DNA of 64,000 nt, from the NCBI GenBank assembly GCA_024639335.1, contig JAHEIN010000001.1, positions 1,408 through 65,407 on the forward strand, given 5' to 3'. Below, one piece after another: positions 47,488-56,595 of this stretch (position 1 is its first letter; each line of letters starts with the position of its first letter). A program made the position numbers and the translations under genes. The notes under the pieces are model-generated. The model had not been told where the DNA came from. It did not search any database and saw only the letters and a list, made by a program, of their open reading frames with translations. The stretch is from a bacterium. Lineage in GTDB: Bacteria > Actinomycetota > Acidimicrobiia > Spongiisociales > ZC4RG35.

Positions 47488-48624
47488 GTGCGGACCCTGG
47501 TACTCAACTGTGGCAGCTCATCGATCAAGTACCGGCTCTTCGACGGGGAGCGAAGCGTGACAAAGGGCATCGTGGAGCGAATCGGTCAGGATGACGGCGA
47601 CGTCACCGACCACCGGATCGGGCTCGAACGCGTCATGCGGGAGCTGGACCCGCACCTCGCCGATGGCGGCCTGGACGCAATCGGGCACCGAGTCGTTCAC
47701 GGCGGCGAGGAGTTCGTCGAGCCCACACGGATCGACGCCGACGTCATCGAGCGAATTCGCGCCCAGATCCCGCTCGCCCCGCTCCACAACCCCGCCAATC
47801 TGCTTGGCGTCGAGGTGTCGGTCGAGCTCGAACCCGATCTGCCGCAGGTCGCAGTGTTCGACACCGCCTTCCACCGCACGCTTCCACCCCACGCCTACCG
47901 ATACGCCGTGCCAGAGGAGATGTACCGCGAGCACGGCGTGAGACGCTATGGCTTCCACGGGACGTCACATGGCCACGTCGCTCAGCTCGCGGCCGAACAC
48001 CTCGGTGAGTCGTTGGACGACCTGAACCTGATCACATTCCACCTCGGGAACGGGGCGAGCGCCACCGCGATCGAACGGGGACGTAGCGTCGACACGTCGA
48101 TGGGCCTGTCGCCGCTCGAAGGCCTCGTGATGGGGAGCCGGTCCGGCGACATCGACCCGGCGATCGTCTTCCACCTGGAACGCTCTGCAGGACTCACCAT
48201 CGACGAGGTCGAATCCATGTTGAATCGCCGAAGCGGCATGCTCGGGCTGTGCGGGGACATGGACCTGCGTGAGGTGGAGCGACGCGCCGAGGATGGTGAC
48301 GCTTCAGCCCGGCTCGCCCTCGACGTGTACGGATATCGCATCAAGAAATACTTGGGTGCCTATTTCGCAGCGCTGGGATCCGTCGATGCGATCGTGTTCA
48401 CCGGCGGTGTCGGCGAGAACCAACCCGACATCAGGCGGAGAGCGGTCGACGGTCTCGAGCGGCTCGGCATCGATCTCGACGACGAACTCAATCGGCGGGC
48501 CGACCCGAGCGACGGCCCGTCCGTCATCCACTCCACCTCGAGCAGCGTGTCGGTACTGGTGATCGCGACGAACGAAGAACTCGAGATCGTCCGGCAGGTT
48601 CGACACGTCGTCGGGGCGAGCTGA
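47488..48624 (+). CDS. ackA: Acetate kinase
   Basis: GTG at 47488 (GGAGGA 9 nt upstream, 1 nt after the pta stop). VLNCGSSSIKY, HRVVHGG, FDTAFH, GFHGTSH and GNGAS motifs. Confidence 0.9.
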   Translation: MRTLVLNCGSSSIKYRLFDGERSVTKGIVERIGQDDGDVTDHRIGLERVMRELDPHLADGGLDAIGHRVVHGGEEFVEPTRIDADVIERIRAQIPLAPLHNPANLLGVEVSVELEPDLPQVAVFDTAFHRTLPPHAYRYAVPEEMYREHGVRRYGFHGTSHGHVAQLAAEHLGESLDDLNLITFHLGNGASATAIERGRSVDTSMGLSPLEGLVMGSRSGDIDPAIVFHLERSAGLTIDEVESMLNRRSGMLGLCGDMDLREVERRAEDGDASARLALDVYGYRIKKYLGAYFAALGSVDAIVFTGGVGENQPDIRRRAVDGLERLGIDLDDELNRRADPSDGPSVIHSTSSSVSVLVIATNEELEIVRQVRHVVGAS

Positions 48625-48635
48625 CGGTCGTCTCA

Positions 48636-49049
48636 TCAGCCGGCGCCGATCACCCGATCGATCGACGCCTTCCAATCCGCCGGCGCGGCCACGTTGAGCA
48701 GAACCCGATCCCGTGCGCCGGCTGGCGCACCGGACACGAGAAAGCGGGCGAATCGACTCCACCTCGCCCCGGTGAAGCGAACCTCGACGAACTGTGACGA
48801 ATCGCCAGTGAGCCGCGAAGCGGTCAGGCCTGCGGACGCGATCCTGAGATGAGCGACTCCCGAAAGCCTTCCTCTCACGGTGAGACCTTCGGCCGACAGA
48901 TCGAGCCTCGCCAACGACATCCCTGCCTTCACGTCCGCGACCGACCCCTTGCCCGTGAGCGCTCGGGTGTGCGACTTCTCGATGTCGAATGGGAAGAGCA
49001 CGAGCGGCCAGAACCAATGAGTCTCAGTCAGGATCGGCTCGCTCTCCAT
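48636..49049 (-). CDS. Hypothetical protein (possible bacterial PH-like domain)
   Basis: 137-aa minus-strand ORF filling an otherwise gene-free 525-nt gap. Protein-like composition. No family assigned. Confidence 0.3.
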   Translation of the reverse strand: MESEPILTETHWFWPLVLFPFDIEKSHTRALTGKGSVADVKAGMSLARLDLSAEGLTVRGRLSGVAHLRIASAGLTASRLTGDSSQFVEVRFTGARWSRFARFLVSGAPAGARDRVLLNVAAPADWKASIDRVIGAG

Positions 49050-49148
49050 GGTTGGAGACTACGGATCGATCCGGCACAGGAGGCCGAACATGACGATCGG
49101 CCCTGTGACTCGACACCCGTTTGGACCCACGCTCGCCTCAGGGACCAC

Positions 49149-50093
49149 ATGGGCGAAACGGAACGCATCACCACAGACCTCGATGACCACATACCCGTCG
49201 CGCTCGAGGTCTCGAATCTACGCAAGACGTATGCGGATCTGGTCGCCGTCGACGGGATCAGCTTCACTGTGCGCCGGGGCGAGATCTTCGGCCTGCTGGG
49301 CCCGAACGGCGCCGGCAAGACCACCACGCTCGAATGCCTCGAGGGACTCCGCCGGGCAGACGCCGGAAGGCTCGACGTGCTCGGCGTCGATCCCACCAAC
49401 GACCCGAGCCGGCTGAACAAGCTGATCGGCGTGCAGCTCCAGGCTTCCGGCCTCCCGTCGACCATGTCATGCGCCGACGCCATGCGGTTCTTCTGCTCGT
49501 ATCACGGTGTGGAGCCGAGATGGGACCTCCTGGAGGCATTCGGCTTGCTCGAGCACGAGGCCAACAGATACGACGAGCTGTCCACCGGACTGCAGCGCCG
49601 CCTTGCGCTGACGCTGGCGATCGCCCACGAGCCGCAGGTGCTCATCCTCGACGAGCCGACGGCCGGTCTCGACGTGGCCTCTCGCACAGAGCTCCACCGG
49701 GTCGTTCGAGAGCTCAGCGACCAGGGCACGACGGTCCTGCTCGCCACCCACGACATGGCAGAGGCTGAGCGCATGACCGATCGAGTCGCCATCATGCTCC
49801 GCGGCCAGATCGTCGCCACCGGAAGCCCGCGGGATCTCACCGCAACCGCCGACGGCCTGACCAAGGTCTCGGTGCGGAGCGAACGCAACACTCTGTTCGA
49901 CGACCTCGACCTGCCGGCCGTCGTTCAGCACTCCGCCTCCGACGGCTATGCGGTGGTCTTCACCGCCGACATCGCTGCGACCGTCACATCGATTATCGAC
50001 GCACTGGACGCCGCCGGCGATCCCCTGATCGATCTCCGGGTGGAGCGGCCATCCCTGGAAGAACGGTTCCTCGAGCTCACGAGCGTCCCATGA
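49149..50093 (+). CDS. ABC transporter ATP-binding protein (ABC-2 exporter type)
   Basis: ORF 48849..50093 trimmed to the ATG at 49149. Walker A GPNGAGKTT, signature LSTGLQRRL, Walker B LILDEPTAGLD. Confidence 0.85.
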   Translation: MGETERITTDLDDHIPVALEVSNLRKTYADLVAVDGISFTVRRGEIFGLLGPNGAGKTTTLECLEGLRRADAGRLDVLGVDPTNDPSRLNKLIGVQLQASGLPSTMSCADAMRFFCSYHGVEPRWDLLEAFGLLEHEANRYDELSTGLQRRLALTLAIAHEPQVLILDEPTAGLDVASRTELHRVVRELSDQGTTVLLATHDMAEAERMTDRVAIMLRGQIVATGSPRDLTATADGLTKVSVRSERNTLFDDLDLPAVVQHSASDGYAVVFTADIAATVTSIIDALDAAGDPLIDLRVERPSLEERFLELTSVP

Positions 50094-50899
50094 CAGCATT
50101 CGTCAACCACCTCGGCTTCGAGTTCAGGAGCGGCCTCAAGAGCGCAACGTCGATGCTGATGTTCTATCTGTTCCCGATCGGGTTCTATGCCTTGATGGGC
50201 CTGGTGATGGTGGAGATCAACCCCGACTTCGCCGAACTGCTCATCCCGTCGATGGTCCTGGTGACGCTGATGGCCGGGACGCTGCTCGGGCTTCCTGCCC
50301 AATTCGTGGAGGCACGCGAAGCGGGGATCTATCGAAGCTTCAAGGTGAACGGCGTCCCGGCAACTTCGATCGTCGCCATCCCCGTGGTGGCGAGCGCCTT
50401 CCACGGTGTCATCGGTTCTGCCTTCATCGCTTCCACCGCAGGAGCATTCTTCGGGGCGGTTGTCCCGGTCGATTGGATGGCCTTCTCGCTGCTCACCGTG
50501 TTGAGCGCGTTCGTGTTCGGGGCCCTGGCCGCACTCATCGGCGTCGTGTCGACCAGCGGTCGAGCCACCGTGCTGTGGTCTCAGTTGGTCTTCTTGCCAT
50601 CGATGCTCATCGGCGGTCTCATGCTGGATCTCGAACTCATCCCCGAAGGGATGCGTTGGTTCTCGAAGCTCCTGCCCACTACCTACGCCATGCAGGCATA
50701 CCGTGGGCTGGCCTTCGACTCGTCGACGGTGATCGACGGCCCGATGTCGGCAGGCGTGCTCGCCGCCGGCGGCGGCCTGGCCGCCGGCCTCGCCGTGGCG
50801 TTGTTCAGCTGGGACCGCAAGAACGCCACCCAGAGGTTCCACCCCGCTTGGGCAGTCGTGGCGATCCTCCCGTATCTCGCCGGGGCGTTCCTGACCTGA
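50090..50899 (+). CDS. ABC-2 family transporter permease
   Basis: ATGA-coupled to the upstream ATPase. 6 predicted TM helices. Confidence 0.75.
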   Translation: MTAFVNHLGFEFRSGLKSATSMLMFYLFPIGFYALMGLVMVEINPDFAELLIPSMVLVTLMAGTLLGLPAQFVEAREAGIYRSFKVNGVPATSIVAIPVVASAFHGVIGSAFIASTAGAFFGAVVPVDWMAFSLLTVLSAFVFGALAALIGVVSTSGRATVLWSQLVFLPSMLIGGLMLDLELIPEGMRWFSKLLPTTYAMQAYRGLAFDSSTVIDGPMSAGVLAAGGGLAAGLAVALFSWDRKNATQRFHPAWAVVAILPYLAGAFLT

Positions 50900-51240
50900 G
50901 AGTCGCCGCGCCGTCGCCGATGATCTCCGCTCTGACAGCAACGCCGGGCACATTGCACGGCAATTGGCACCAACACCCGGACCACCGGTGGGCGGGTTCC
51001 GTCCGTGCAACATCGGGAGGCTCTTGAGGTTTCTCTAACCATCTTCGAACCGACCCCTAAGCAATGTCGAGGCACGATGATCGCATGTCCGTTTCTTGGT
51101 GCCCAGACAAGCCCCGTCGGCAATCTGCCCTTCGTTACACAAGCCCGCATGCCCGTAGGTCGTGGCCACGAGGCGGGAACGTTCGCGCAAGTACCACCAC
51201 CCTCGCAAGAGGAAGTCGGCTGAGGCTTCTCGTCTCCAAG

Positions 51241-53445
51241 ATGTCGATGGCGGCGCTCGCCTTTCTCCTCATCGCCCTGAGCCCCGGGATCGCCGGTGCG
51301 CTGGCGGGGGCACCGGTCACCATCAGCATCGGGGCCACTCTCGATCCGAGCTCGGTCACGATCGAGCCCGGTACCAGCGTCACCTGGGTGAACGCCGATT
51401 CCGAGCGCCATCGGATGGCGTCACAGTCCGGACCCGAGCGATTCGACTCCGGCAACCTGGACCCCGGCCAGTCCTTCACGATGACCTTCGACCTCGAAGG
51501 CTCCTACTCCTACCTCGACGACCGCAACGACGAGAACAGCGCATACTTCGGGACGATCATCGTCTCGTCCGGCGCACCCTCCACACCGCCGCCTGGCGGT
51601 GGTGGCGGTGGAGGGCCGATGACCATCGATGTCGGCGATCGCATCTATCGACCCGCCTCGGTCACGGTCAGCCCCGGCACGACGATCACCTGGAGAAACA
51701 TCGACGACCGACCCCACACGGTCACCGATCGGGCCGACTCGTTCGACTCAGGCATCTTCGACACCGGCGGCACCTATAACCGAACGTTCGACACCCCGGG
51801 GACGTTCCAGTACTTCTGCACACTGCATCCGGACATGGTGGGGACTGTCTCGGTCACGGACGCAGACGGTGGTGCGCCACCGCCCCCCGATTCGACGCCT
51901 CCACCGACCACGACGCCGCCACCACCGCCACCGCCGCCCGCCACGCCGGGTTCGGTGACGATCTTCGACAATGGCTACACCCCGGCGGCGTTGTCCATTG
52001 CCGAAGGAAGCACCGTCACGTGGACGAACACGGGAGCCGCTCCTCACACGGCTACGGACCGGAGCGGACGATTCGACTCCGGCTTTCTCATGACCGGTGA
52101 CAGCTTCAGCCAGACGTTCACCGCGGCGGGCACCTACGAGTACTTCTGCACGATCCATCCCGAGATGGTCGCGACCGTCACGGTCACAGGATCCGGAGGG
52201 GAACCTCCACCACCACCACCGCCGCCACCGCCACCGCCTCCGCCGCCAACCACAGATCCGGCGCCGCCACCTCCAGTGACGGTGTCTCCGGCGTCAGGAG
52301 GGATCGAGATAGTCGACAACGCCTTCCGCCCAGCGACACGGCAGGTCTCGGTCGGAACGACACTTGCATGGACCAACACCGGAGCACTCCCGCACACCGT
52401 GACAGATAGGGCGGCTCGGTTCGACTCGGGACTGCTCATGAGCGGCGACACCTATCGACGCACGTTCGACAGCGCAGGGACCTTTGAGTACTACTGCACG
52501 CTCCATCCCGAGATGGTCGGCACGATCGTTGTCAGCACCGGTGATGGCGCCGCACCGCCCCCTCCGCCTCCGGCCGCGCCCACGCCTCCTGCGCCAACCG
52601 GATCCTCAGCATCCCCGACCGGCTCGGCGGAAGCGACCGGGAGCGGCGACGTGCAGGTCGTCGACAACGCCTACCTCCCGGAAACGATCACCGTCGCGAG
52701 GGGTTCGACACTCACGTTTGCGAACACCGGAGCACTCCCCCACACGGTCACGGATCGGGCAGGTGCGTTCGATTCAGGGATCGTGATGCCCGGCGACTCC
52801 TACCGTCGTTCGTTCGGGTCGGCGGGAACTTTCGAGTACTACTGCACGATCCATCCAGAGATGACCGGAACGGTCGTCGTCACGGCGTCCGGCACACCGG
52901 TCGGAAGCGCTTCCAACGGAGGCGACGGGCTCGTCGACGAGACGGTCGAAGAATCCACCACGACGACTTCGCTTGCCGAGTCGGAGCCGGCGGATGCCAG
53001 ACCGGCCCGGGCTTCGATCGACGTCATCGACAACGACTTCGACCCGGATCCCCTCAGGATCTCCGTCGGCGGCACCGTCGAATGGTCGAACGTCGGCGAT
53101 CTCCCGCACACCGTCACCGCCGATGAATTCGACTCGGGCATCATGAGCCCGGGAGACGCCTTCGAGTGGACCTTCGAGGAGGAGGGCAGGTACGAATACG
53201 TGTGCACGCTCCATCCGGGCATGGCGGGCACCATCATCGTCGAGGCTGCCGCCGCCGAGGTGGAAACGGCACTCGGTCTGACAGGCGACGACGTCGCTGC
53301 ATCGGGAAGCAGCGAATCTGCGTCCCCGGGCAACTCCGTCGCCTTCGCAGTGTTCATGGCCGCCGGGCTCGCCGTGGCGGGAGTGGGGATGGCGGTCGGC
53401 GTCGGTCGCTTCACCAGGGCCATCGACAACGGCACAATCGGGTGA
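51241..53445 (+). CDS. Membrane-anchored extracytoplasmic poly-cupredoxin protein (six tandem plastocyanin/amicyanin-like domains, five with complete type-1 Cu ligand sets)
   Basis: Signal peptide MSMAALAFLLIALSPGIAGA. Six repeats of about 100 aa each follow the pattern V.V.G.T..W.N....PHTVTD....FDSG.......Y..TF...G..EYYCT.HP.M.GT..V. The His/Cys/His/Met copper ligands are present in repeats 2-6. Poly-Pro linkers join the repeats. C-terminal TM helix VAFAVFMAAGLAVAGVGMAVGVG. Confidence 0.8.
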   Translation: MSMAALAFLLIALSPGIAGALAGAPVTISIGATLDPSSVTIEPGTSVTWVNADSERHRMASQSGPERFDSGNLDPGQSFTMTFDLEGSYSYLDDRNDENSAYFGTIIVSSGAPSTPPPGGGGGGGPMTIDVGDRIYRPASVTVSPGTTITWRNIDDRPHTVTDRADSFDSGIFDTGGTYNRTFDTPGTFQYFCTLHPDMVGTVSVTDADGGAPPPPDSTPPPTTTPPPPPPPPATPGSVTIFDNGYTPAALSIAEGSTVTWTNTGAAPHTATDRSGRFDSGFLMTGDSFSQTFTAAGTYEYFCTIHPEMVATVTVTGSGGEPPPPPPPPPPPPPPPTTDPAPPPPVTVSPASGGIEIVDNAFRPATRQVSVGTTLAWTNTGALPHTVTDRAARFDSGLLMSGDTYRRTFDSAGTFEYYCTLHPEMVGTIVVSTGDGAAPPPPPPAAPTPPAPTGSSASPTGSAEATGSGDVQVVDNAYLPETITVARGSTLTFANTGALPHTVTDRAGAFDSGIVMPGDSYRRSFGSAGTFEYYCTIHPEMTGTVVVTASGTPVGSASNGGDGLVDETVEESTTTTSLAESEPADARPARASIDVIDNDFDPDPLRISVGGTVEWSNVGDLPHTVTADEFDSGIMSPGDAFEWTFEEEGRYEYVCTLHPGMAGTIIVEAAAAEVETALGLTGDDVAASGSSESASPGNSVAFAVFMAAGLAVAGVGMAVGVGRFTRAIDNGTIG
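51590..53230 (+). repeat. Intragenic tandem repeats (~330-nt units encoding cupredoxin domains) with GC-rich poly-proline linker tracts
   Basis: Recurrent DNA blocks such as CCGCACACCGTCACCGATCGGGC and TACTGCACGCTCCATCCCGAGATGGTCGGCAC appear at about 330-nt periodicity. CCACCACCACCGCCGCC tracts lie between the units. Confidence 0.7.
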
Positions 53446-53450
53446 GAGCC

Positions 53451-54296
53451 ATGGCCAGGCTCCTCGGAAGGCTGATCGGGCTCATGGCCTGCCTGATCGT
53501 GGTCGCAGCGTGCTCGAGCGAGACGAGCCCGTTTCCCGATGGCAGCTTTGCAGTGGTTGCCAACGCCGACATCGGAACCGGAGCGTCGCGAATTCAGGTC
53601 GGTGTCGTCGGTCCGGACGGCGATCGGCTGGGCGGGCCCGATGTTCCGGTGTCGCTACGGATTGCGCCCGGCGACGGCGGCGAGGTGGTCGCATACGACG
53701 CCGAGTGGATCTGGCTGATCCAGGACATCGTGGGCCTCTACAAGACCGAAGCGGTCTTCGATGCCCCGGGAGTCTGGACGGTGTCGGTTGCGCCGGGGAG
53801 CGGTTCCGCCCTGCCGGCTACAGGCTTTCAGGTGCTCGATCCGACGTTCGCACCGGACGTGGGCGACGCCGCTCCGATCGCCCCGATCGACACCTTGGCC
53901 ACCAAACCCTTGGATCATCTGACGACCGACCCGAATCCCGACACCGACTTCTATCAGCTCACGCTGGAGGAGGCGTTCAGCTCGGGGCGGGAGTCGGTGG
54001 TGGTTTTCTCGACTCCGGCGTTCTGCAGAACGGCGACCTGCGGGCCGACGCTCGACATCGTCAAGGATGTCAAACCGGAGTATCCCGACGTCAACTTCGT
54101 CCACGTCGAGGTCTACACCGATATGCAGAGCCCTGATTTTGCCCCGACGCCGGAGTTTCTCGCGCCTGCGCTCGGTCCGGAGTTCTGGAACCTCCCGACC
54201 GAGCCCTGGGTGTTCGTTGTCGACGCGAATGGGGTCGTCACCGCCCGGTTCGAGGGAACGGCGACAGCCGAGGATCTCCGTACCAGCCTCGGCTGA
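53451..54296 (+). CDS. Lipoprotein with thioredoxin/SCO-like CxxxxC segment (putative copper-handling partner of the poly-cupredoxin)
   Basis: Starts 5 nt after the cupredoxin gene. Lipobox VVAACSS. C-terminal VVVFSTPAFCRTATCGPTL resembles the SCO1/SenC FGYTHCPDVCPTTL metal-binding strand-loop. Confidence 0.5.
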   Translation: MARLLGRLIGLMACLIVVAACSSETSPFPDGSFAVVANADIGTGASRIQVGVVGPDGDRLGGPDVPVSLRIAPGDGGEVVAYDAEWIWLIQDIVGLYKTEAVFDAPGVWTVSVAPGSGSALPATGFQVLDPTFAPDVGDAAPIAPIDTLATKPLDHLTTDPNPDTDFYQLTLEEAFSSGRESVVVFSTPAFCRTATCGPTLDIVKDVKPEYPDVNFVHVEVYTDMQSPDFAPTPEFLAPALGPEFWNLPTEPWVFVVDANGVVTARFEGTATAEDLRTSLG

Positions 54297-54336
54297 CCGT
54301 CGAGAGCGACGCCCGTCCCCGAACAGCGGGAGCCGG

Positions 54337-54690
54337 CTAGTTGCGGCTGTCGCACCAGGCGGCGACCACGGCCCGGACGTCGTCGGCGGCGGTAGCCACG
54401 TCGTCGAGATCGGCGAACGTCATGTACCGGGCGGTCTCCCCTCCCCCGGTGAGCCGAGGGTGATCACCGGGGAGCGAGGCGCCGGTGTGGAGCATCAGGC
54501 TGGCGTGTTTCTTCGAGTTGGGGTTGAAGCTCGCCATATTGCCCTCGTACATGAACGTCGGCGACTTCCACTTGATCGTTTCCGTGATCCGTTCGTCTTC
54601 GAGGATGATCTCCCTGACGGCCAACACGACGTCCTTCATCGGGTTGTCGTACTCCGCGAACCAGGCGTCGACTTCTGCGCTGTGCCTCAT
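54337..54690 (-). CDS. DUF1801 (YdhG-like) domain protein
   Basis: 117 aa with a DUF1801-like pattern (AEVDAWFAEY...KWKSPTFMYEGNMASF). Confidence 0.6.
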   Translation of the reverse strand: MRHSAEVDAWFAEYDNPMKDVVLAVREIILEDERITETIKWKSPTFMYEGNMASFNPNSKKHASLMLHTGASLPGDHPRLTGGGETARYMTFADLDDVATAADDVRAVVAAWCDSRN

Positions 54691-54752
54691 GAAGAGACCG
54701 TATCGCGCCGACGCGGCTGATGGCGGCGAAACATCGCTCTAGCCTCCGGCAG

Positions 54753-55220
54753 ATGGATGTACATCCCGCCCTCGCTCCGTTGATGTTCCTCACGGGAACC
54801 TGGGTCGGGAGCGGTCGTGGCGACTACCCGACGATCCAGGCCTTCGCCTACGACGAGGAGATCTCGATCGTCCCGTTGGGCGCCAAGCCGATGCTCAGGT
54901 ACTCACAGTCGACATGGAGGGCCGGTACGAAAGAACCGCTCCACACCGAGTTCGGCTACTTCCGACCGGCGGGTACCGACGCAGCCGAGCTCGTGATCGC
55001 ACAGCCCACCGGGATCACGGAGATCCACACCGGAGGAATCGACGGCCGAGGTGTGGTCTTCCGCTCAGTGTCGGTCGAACGGGCTCCGACCGCCAGGGAG
55101 GTCGCCACGGTGGAACGCCGGATCGCAGTGGATGGGGATCGCCTCACCTACGAGCTGTTGATGGGAGCGGTGGGCCAACCCCACCAGCTCCATCTGGAGG
55201 CGACGCTGCACCGCTCGTAG
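54753..55220 (+). CDS. Nitrobindin-like (THAP4/DUF1794 heme-binding beta-barrel) protein
   Basis: N-terminal LAPLMFLTGTWVGSGRGDYPTI matches the nitrobindin family signature. Start set to the second ATG at 54753; the ORF track starts at 54720. Confidence 0.65.
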   Translation: MDVHPALAPLMFLTGTWVGSGRGDYPTIQAFAYDEEISIVPLGAKPMLRYSQSTWRAGTKEPLHTEFGYFRPAGTDAAELVIAQPTGITEIHTGGIDGRGVVFRSVSVERAPTAREVATVERRIAVDGDRLTYELLMGAVGQPHQLHLEATLHRS

Positions 55221-55223
55221 AGA

Positions 55224-56558
55224 TCAGCTCGGGTCGGTGACCTGGCCGAGGAAGAGCATTTCGCCGGTCGAGCCGTGCTCGATCCAGAACAGGAACGGGC
55301 GGTCGGCGGTGAAGGTCGCAGGCTGGGGTGCGGACTCGAGCCCGATGATGATCGCCGTCGCTGCGGCGGCCTCGGTGCCTTCCTCGTCCAACGCGATGAA
55401 TGTCTTGTGGAACGCATCGGTCACGAAGAGCTCGCGGACCTCGGTGATCCCGGTGAAGTCTGCACCGTCACCCACCGGCCGCTCGAATGCGGCACGCATC
55501 CCGAGCGCCTGGAGTGCCGGCTTGAGAGAGATCTCGGCTTCGAATTCGAAGGACGGGAGCGTCAGGTCCACGATGTGCTCCTGCCAGGCGATGTCCAGAT
55601 CGCTCACATCCAACGCCGCTGCCAACTCCGCAGGCGATCCCGTGGTGGGGAGCAACACGACCATGGCGGCGTCGCCGGCATATGGCAGCCGGACCGCCTG
55701 GAACCGATCGGTCTCGGCGTACCCGGTCCGCAGGTCGGCATGCATGAGTGGCGTCTCGACCCCGGTGTCGTCGAGCCGCGTGAACGTGCCGGGCTCGGTC
55801 CGCTCGGGGTCGAACGGCTCGAACCAGTTCGCCTTGAACCAGATGGCATTGACCAGTGAAAGCCGAGTGTCAACGGTGATCGCGCCCTCTGGGATGAGAT
55901 CTTGGATTCGATCTTCGGTGGCATCCTCGACCCATTCGTTGATGACCTGACGCGAGCCTTCCGTGTCGCCGACGTAGTCGACGATCCGGAGCCCGGCGCC
56001 GTAGTTCTCGGCCAGCGTCAAGAGATAGCCGTCCAGGAAGGGGTAGCCGCCCTGGCCCCAGGCCGAGTTGGCCGGTCGGATCGTGAACGGCGCGCGGGTG
56101 TCGTCCTCACCCATCGGGGGCGGGGTATCCCCAAGGCGTGCGTCGATGGCGTTTCGGACCTGATGGAGGGTGGCATCGTCGACCGAGAGATGCAGCACAT
56201 CTGCGATCTCGGCTGCGGTGTCACCTCGCGCACCTGGATACAGCATCGAGAGCGCGGTTGCGATCGAGTACGGAGACAGCATCACGTTGTCGTCACCGGC
56301 CACCACCTCGAAGACGTCGAGCCCGAACCGGGCGTCCGCCGCAGCGACCTCCTCGATGTCTTCGTCGTCGACGGTCGGCGTCACCCGAGCCACCTCGACG
56401 CTGATCACCTCACCGGGAGTGAACCCACCCGGATCGGTACCGCCGTTGGTTGTGGTGGGAGTCTGCGGAGTTGTGGTGATCGCGGTATCTCCTCCCCCGC
56501 ACGCGGCGAGGATCAAGGCAAGGACAACGATCAAACCTGTCAGTCGTGTCGTCCTCAT
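55224..56558 (-). CDS. Serpin-family serine protease inhibitor, lipoprotein
   Basis: Start trimmed to the ATG at 56558 (MRTTRLTGLIVVLALILAACGG lipobox). Serpin N-terminal helix region LSPYSIATALSMLYPGARGDTAAEI. C-terminal serpin signature FTADRPFLFWIEH after a reactive-centre-loop-like segment (GTEAAAATAIIIGLESAPQ). Confidence 0.85.
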   Translation of the reverse strand: MRTTRLTGLIVVLALILAACGGGDTAITTTPQTPTTTNGGTDPGGFTPGEVISVEVARVTPTVDDEDIEEVAAADARFGLDVFEVVAGDDNVMLSPYSIATALSMLYPGARGDTAAEIADVLHLSVDDATLHQVRNAIDARLGDTPPPMGEDDTRAPFTIRPANSAWGQGGYPFLDGYLLTLAENYGAGLRIVDYVGDTEGSRQVINEWVEDATEDRIQDLIPEGAITVDTRLSLVNAIWFKANWFEPFDPERTEPGTFTRLDDTGVETPLMHADLRTGYAETDRFQAVRLPYAGDAAMVVLLPTTGSPAELAAALDVSDLDIAWQEHIVDLTLPSFEFEAEISLKPALQALGMRAAFERPVGDGADFTGITEVRELFVTDAFHKTFIALDEEGTEAAAATAIIIGLESAPQPATFTADRPFLFWIEHGSTGEMLFLGQVTDPS

Positions 56559-56595
56559 GTCGATGTGACGATTCTGCGAACGATCGGGTTCCAGC

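Noticed and set aside
45543-47570. 675-aa minus-strand ORF antisense to pta
   Set aside because: Classic GC-rich shadow ORF (Arg/Gly/Asp/His-rich, no domains) opposite a confidently identified gene. The same reasoning applies to 623..1603(-), 5925..6830(-), 9248..9919(-), 10183..10908(+), 11042..11773(+), 22395..22958(-), 49467..50099(-), 49946..51013(-), 62571..63506(-) and similar entries.
48849-49148. 100-codon extension upstream of the ABC ATPase
   Set aside because: Arg/His-rich with no homology features. The Walker-A-containing protein begins at ATG 49149, which gives a standard ATPase length.
50935-50975. TTGCAcggcaatTGGCAC motif resembling sigma-54 -12/-24 elements
   Set aside because: The elements are in the wrong order for a -24(TGGCAC)/-12(TTGCA) promoter on either strand. 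Sigma-54 is generally absent from actinobacteria.
51880-52600. Repetitive CCACCACCGCC tracts as a possible CRISPR or microsatellite
   Set aside because: They are in-frame poly-proline linker codons inside a CDS. There are no spacer-repeat regularities and no cas genes.
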